Assembly (NCBI GenBank): GCA_963713975.1
Contig: OY970218.1
Location: forward strand, 1,792,001 to 1,856,000
Origin: an uncultured Chloroflexia bacterium
GTDB lineage: Bacteria > Chloroflexota > Limnocylindria > Limnocylindrales > CSP1-4
Direction of reading: 5' to 3'
DNA: 64,000 bases
This document shows, piece by piece, positions 60,557-64,000 of the stretch (positions are counted from its first letter, which is position 1; each line of letters starts with the position of its first letter). The notes under the pieces are model-generated. The model searched no databases. It had not been told where the DNA came from and worked only from the letters and a program-made list of their open reading frames with translations. Position numbers and translations under genes: made by a program.

Positions 60557-61368
60557 CGACCGACCTTCCCGCCTGGAGCGAGCCCTTCCTGATCGACAGG
60601 CGCGACGAGCTCGTCCGCCGCGGGCCCTGGGGCAGGGTGGACCGGACCTGGGCCTTCGGCGACGGCCTCGGGCGGGGACTGCGGGTCGCCGTCGTGGATT
60701 CCGGCGTGGAGGGATCCCACCCGGCACTGGGCGGCTCGCTCGTCCGGAGCGTGGCCGTGGAGCGGGACGGCGACGACTGGGAGGTCGTCGAGGTCGATGG
60801 CATCGATGTCGTCGGTCATGGGACGGCCAGCGCGGGGATCATCCACGCCCTGGTCCCCGAGGCGGAGCTGGTGTCGGTTCGCGTCCTCGGGCCGGACAAC
60901 CGCGGCAACGGGGGCGCGTTCGCCCGGGGCCTCCAGTGGGCCGTGGAGGCGTCGGGCGCCTCGGTCGTCAACCTCTCGCTGTCGTCCCGGAGCGATGCCT
61001 TCTTCGGGCAGCTCCACGAGCAGGCGGACCTCGCCTACTTCCGGAACGTGCTGCTCGTGTGTGCCGCCAACAACGCGTCCGTCGCCAGCTACCCGTCCCT
61101 GTTCGCGTCCGTCGTCTCCGTCGCGGCCCATGACGTGCCGAGCGCCGAGACCTGGTTCTACAACCCGGCCCCGCCCGTGGAGTTCGGGGCGTATGGGCTG
61201 AACGTGGACGTCGCGTGGCGCGGCGGGACGCGGATGGTGGTCACGGGCAACAGCTTCGCGGCGCCGCACATCGCCGGGTACGCGGCGCGGATCAGGAGCG
61301 CCCATCCCGGTCTCACGCCGTTCGAGACGAAGTCGATCCTGGCGGCCACCGCGGACAACGCGCGGTAG
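60553..61368 (+). CDS. S8 subtilisin-like serine peptidase, no signal peptide
   Basis: Catalytic triad VVDSG / GHGT / GNSFAAPH; VVNLSL; AANN. Confidence 0.93.
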   Translation: MTTDLPAWSEPFLIDRRDELVRRGPWGRVDRTWAFGDGLGRGLRVAVVDSGVEGSHPALGGSLVRSVAVERDGDDWEVVEVDGIDVVGHGTASAGIIHALVPEAELVSVRVLGPDNRGNGGAFARGLQWAVEASGASVVNLSLSSRSDAFFGQLHEQADLAYFRNVLLVCAANNASVASYPSLFASVVSVAAHDVPSAETWFYNPAPPVEFGAYGLNVDVAWRGGTRMVVTGNSFAAPHIAGYAARIRSAHPGLTPFETKSILAATADNAR

Positions 61369-61385
61369 GCGGGCTGGAATCGAAA

Positions 61386-61408
61386 CGGCCGGCCCAATGG
61401 GCCGGCCG
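61386..61408. terminator. Hairpin between convergent genes
   Basis: cggccggccca-a-tgggccggccg. Confidence 0.6.
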
Positions 61409-61430
61409 CATGGTGGAGAACGAGTGCGGT

Positions 61431-61739
61431 TCAGCGCTCCCCGTGCGGGTTGTCGCCGGGCCCGCGGCGGATGACCTCGCCCTGGGTGGTGGGTCCGCCT
61501 CGGTAGAGCTCCTCGGGGCCCGTGTCATCACCGGCGAACGGCGCCTTGAGGCGATGACCCTCGACGTCGTCATCGCGGCGGGCGGCCCCCTCGACGTCGT
61601 CATCGCGGCGGGCGGCCCCCTCGCCCTCGTCGCGAGTCGCGCGGTGGCCCTCGACGTCGTCATCGCGGCGGGCGTCACCGCCCGTGCCCGGCATCGGCTG
61701 GCCGAGGAAGCCGTCCTGTCCCTGCTCGTCGCGCCTCAT
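61431..61739 (-). CDS. Repetitive acidic peptide (three RRDDDVEG units), candidate precursor
   Basis: GGGGAG RBS; 102 aa; in-frame 30-bp repeats. Confidence 0.75.
   Translation of the reverse strand: MRRDEQGQDGFLGQPMPGTGGDARRDDDVEGHRATRDEGEGAARRDDDVEGAARRDDDVEGHRLKAPFAGDDTGPEELYRGGPTTQGEVIRRGPGDNPHGER
61558..61674. repeat. 30-bp tandem repeat (two exact copies plus a third 24-bp copy)
   Basis: tcgacgtcgtcatcgcggcgggcggccccc at 61561 and 61591; partial copy at 61651. Confidence 0.95.
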
Positions 61740-61826
61740 GGGTTGTCTCCCCGTGCACCTGGTGTCGTCGTATGTGACGTTAGGCCCACTCTAGACGGGC
61801 CGGATGTCATTCGTCGATAGCCTGGT

Positions 61827-62399
61827 TCACACCGCAGGTGTCGGCTTGACGACACCCTCGAGGGCGAGCAGCTCGCGCTTGACGGCCAGCGCCGCCTCGC
61901 GCCCGCCGAACGCGGCCACGCCGTACCCGCCCAGCGAGCCGTCACCCGCGATCACGCGATGGCACGGGATGAGCAGCCCGACCGGGTTGCGCCCCACGGC
62001 CCCACCGACCGCACGGGCCGCACCGGTTCTGCCGATCCGCCGCGCCACCTCGCCGTACGAGACGGTCTCGCCGCGGGGGATCGCGCGCACGGCGCCCAGG
62101 ACCAGGCGGTCCCATGCGGGCCGGTCGTCGATGTCGATCGGCAGGCTGCCCATGTCGACCGGCAGCCCATCGAGCATCCGGCGGATTGCCTCGGCCGCCC
62201 CGGCCGCGAGCTCCGCAGCCGGCGGCCCGGCGCGCTCCGGCGCGACCACGATCCCCCGTCGCGAGAGCCCGGCCAGGAACCCCTCTGCCGTTGAGAGCAG
62301 TCCGACGGCCGTCACGCCTCGGGGGGTGGCCGCCACGTGCACCGGCCCCCAGCCGGAAGCGACGTCGATCAGCGCAGCGTATGCATAGAACGTATTCAC
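61827..62399 (-). CDS. ogt: Methylated-DNA--protein-cysteine methyltransferase
   Basis: IPRGET.SYG, ARAVG, NP...IPCHRV. Confidence 0.92.
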   Translation of the reverse strand: MNTFYAYAALIDVASGWGPVHVAATPRGVTAVGLLSTAEGFLAGLSRRGIVVAPERAGPPAAELAAGAAEAIRRMLDGLPVDMGSLPIDIDDRPAWDRLVLGAVRAIPRGETVSYGEVARRIGRTGAARAVGGAVGRNPVGLLIPCHRVIAGDGSLGGYGVAAFGGREAALAVKRELLALEGVVKPTPAV

Positions 62400-62409
62400 G
62401 TTGGAATAG

Positions 62410-62438
62410 TTGCACAGGCCGCGATGCCACGGCATACT
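62410..62438 (+). promoter_or_regulatory. Sigma70-type promoter
   Basis: TTGCAC-17 nt-CATACT. Confidence 0.6.
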
Positions 62439-62447
62439 GCCGGCGTC

Positions 62448-62531
62448 ATGTCGCACCACACCCTCGTCACGTTCGACGCCAGGAAGAAGCCTTGGCGGCC
62501 CAGCCGGAAGGCTCGGGCCCAGGGGCTCTGA
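62448..62531 (+). CDS. Candidate Lys-rich leader peptide
   Basis: MSHHTLVTFDARKKPWRPSRKARAQGL; three AAG codons; upstream of dapB-dapA. Confidence 0.5.
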   Translation: MSHHTLVTFDARKKPWRPSRKARAQGL

Positions 62532-62578
62532 CGGCGCGCGAGCGACGAGCACGGAGCCTCCGGGACCGGAGGCGCCGA

Positions 62579-62615
62579 AGGGGCCGCGATCACCACGAGC
62601 GGTGATGCGGCCTTT
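62579..62615 (+). terminator. Attenuator-like hairpin upstream of dapB
   Basis: ggccgc-g-atcacc / ggtgat-gcggcc followed by ttt. Confidence 0.55.
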
Positions 62616-62671
62616 GTGATTCCCAGGCCTCCGCAACCGCGGCTCCCGACCAAGGAAGGGACGCCCGGATC

Positions 62672-63424
62672 ATGCGCATCCTGATCTACGGACCCGGCCG
62701 CCTGGGTGGCGCGATCGCCCATGCCGCCACCGGTGCGGGCTGGGCGGTCGACGTCATCGGCCGACCTGCGGCGGGCGGGGCCAGGACCCGGCCCCCCGTC
62801 GCGGACGTGGTCGTGGAGGCGTCCAGCGGCCCGTCGGTCGCCGCGAACCTCGAGCACGCTCTCGAGGCCGGCAACCGGTCGTTCGTTCTGGCCACCAGCG
62901 CCTGGGATGCGGACCTGCCGCGGGTGCGGGCGCTGCTGCTGGGCCATGGCGCCGCGGCGGTCATTGCGCCGAACCTGGCGCTGGGCGCTGCACTGTTCCT
63001 GCGCGTCGTCGAGACCGCCGCGGCCATGTATGGACGGGCCGGTGGGTTCGAGCCCTCGGTGGTCGAGTGGCACCGCCGCGGCAAGGCGGACCGGCCGTCC
63101 GGCACGGCCCGCACGATCGCGCGTCGGATCTCGGAGGCGGATCCGCGCTGGGCGGTGGCGGACGTCGCGGACGACCCCCGCCCGGCGCTCGAGATCGCGG
63201 GGATCCGTGCCGGAGCGGCTCCGGGGACCCACCTCGTGACCTTCGACGGCCCCGGTGAATCAGTGGAGCTGCGGCTGACGGCACGTGACCGCGCCGCCTA
63301 TGCCGACGGGGCTCTCGCAGCAGTGCGCTGGCTCGCCCGGGAGCCCCGTGGTCCCGGTTTCCACCCGTTCGACGCCGTCGTGGACGACCTCCTCGCGGCA
63401 TCGCCGATAGCCATTCCGGCCTGA
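62672..63424 (+). CDS. dapB: 4-hydroxy-tetrahydrodipicolinate reductase
   Basis: G.GRLG, APN.ALG, E.H...K.D.PSGTA, R..YA.GA. Confidence 0.85.
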   Translation: MRILIYGPGRLGGAIAHAATGAGWAVDVIGRPAAGGARTRPPVADVVVEASSGPSVAANLEHALEAGNRSFVLATSAWDADLPRVRALLLGHGAAAVIAPNLALGAALFLRVVETAAAMYGRAGGFEPSVVEWHRRGKADRPSGTARTIARRISEADPRWAVADVADDPRPALEIAGIRAGAAPGTHLVTFDGPGESVELRLTARDRAAYADGALAAVRWLAREPRGPGFHPFDAVVDDLLAASPIAIPA

Positions 63425-63455
63425 CGACCGGTCACCACCAGCAGAGGAGCTCCCG

Positions 63456-64000
63456 ATGACCCGCCTGACCCCCGCCATCGCCCCCGAGCCTGACCGGCCC
63501 ACGCCACGGCTGCGTGGCGCCTTCACGGCCCTGGTCACCCCCTTCACCGCCGCCGGCGACGTCGACGAGGCCGCCTACCGCCGCCTCGTCACGTGGCAGC
63601 TGCTGGCGGGCATCGACGGCCTCGTCCCGGTCGGGACCACGGGTGAGTCACCCACGCTGTCCGCCGCGGAACGGGACCGGTGCATCGAGATCGCGGTGAC
63701 GGCCGCTGCAGAACACGGTGGCCGCATCCCCGTCATCGCCGGTACCGGCTCCAACGACACGCGGTCCTCGATCGAAGCGACCCGGCGCGCTGCGGCCCTC
63801 GGCGCAGACGCCGCGCTGATCGTGACGCCGTACTACAACAAGCCCGACCAGCGGATGCTCGACGCCCACTTCCGGGCGATCGCCGATGACGGTGACCTGC
63901 CGATCGTGGTCTACAACGTGCCGGGCCGGACTGGCGCCAACGTGGAGGCCGAGACGTTCCTGCGGCTCGCGGAGCACCCGCGCGTGATCGCGGTCAAGGA
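63456..64000 (+). CDS. dapA: 4-hydroxy-tetrahydrodipicolinate synthase (3'-truncated by window)
   Basis: GAFTALVTPF, GTTGESPTL, GTGSN, TPYYNKP, YNVPGRTG, AVK. Confidence 0.95.
   Translation, partial: MTRLTPAIAPEPDRPTPRLRGAFTALVTPFTAAGDVDEAAYRRLVTWQLLAGIDGLVPVGTTGESPTLSAAERDRCIEIAVTAAAEHGGRIPVIAGTGSNDTRSSIEATRRAAALGADAALIVTPYYNKPDQRMLDAHFRAIADDGDLPIVVYNVPGRTGANVEAETFLRLAEHPRVIAVK

Noticed and set aside
61558-61674. CRISPR array
   Set aside because: The repeats are directly tandem and in frame within a CDS; there are no unique spacers or cas genes.
62400-62670. Lysine riboswitch
   Set aside because: No recognisable L-box elements seen; a leader peptide fits the region better.

Overview
High-GC bacterial chromosome segment. 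Gene content and style suggest a monoderm such as Chloroflexota (Limnocylindria-like) or an actinobacterium; this is inference only. Layout: (i) housekeeping genes with tRNA-Lys; (ii) an accessory region at about 5.3-19 kb containing a decayed prophage-like element (RHH antitoxin plus toxin stub, HNH nuclease, holin, amidase, two LuxR-like HTHs, cargo lipoproteins, a tRNA-Pro 3'-end att-like core), pseudogenes and two TetR modules; (iii) tRNA-fMet; (iv) a copper/respiration cluster (PCuAC, SCO, a RAPP-motif membrane ORF, ABC exporter, TlpA, ctaC/D/E/F-like genes with fused blue-copper domains, ctaG); (v) proC, proline dehydrogenase, a REC-GAF-kinase cluster, korAB flanked by CBS proteins; (vi) ogt and dapB-dapA. 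Best candidate for an undescribed system (57.7-61.7 kb): a repetitive 'RRDDDVEG(H)' precursor-like peptide next to a cytoplasmic subtilase, a stand-alone GAF protein and an MFS transporter fused to a cNMP-binding domain. Other highlights are two paralogous ~32-aa 'AAFA...GAKRW' microproteins with structured leaders, a probable copper-linked RAPP arrest peptide, and a Lys-rich leader-peptide attenuator before dapB-dapA. All calls were made by eye; no searches were run.
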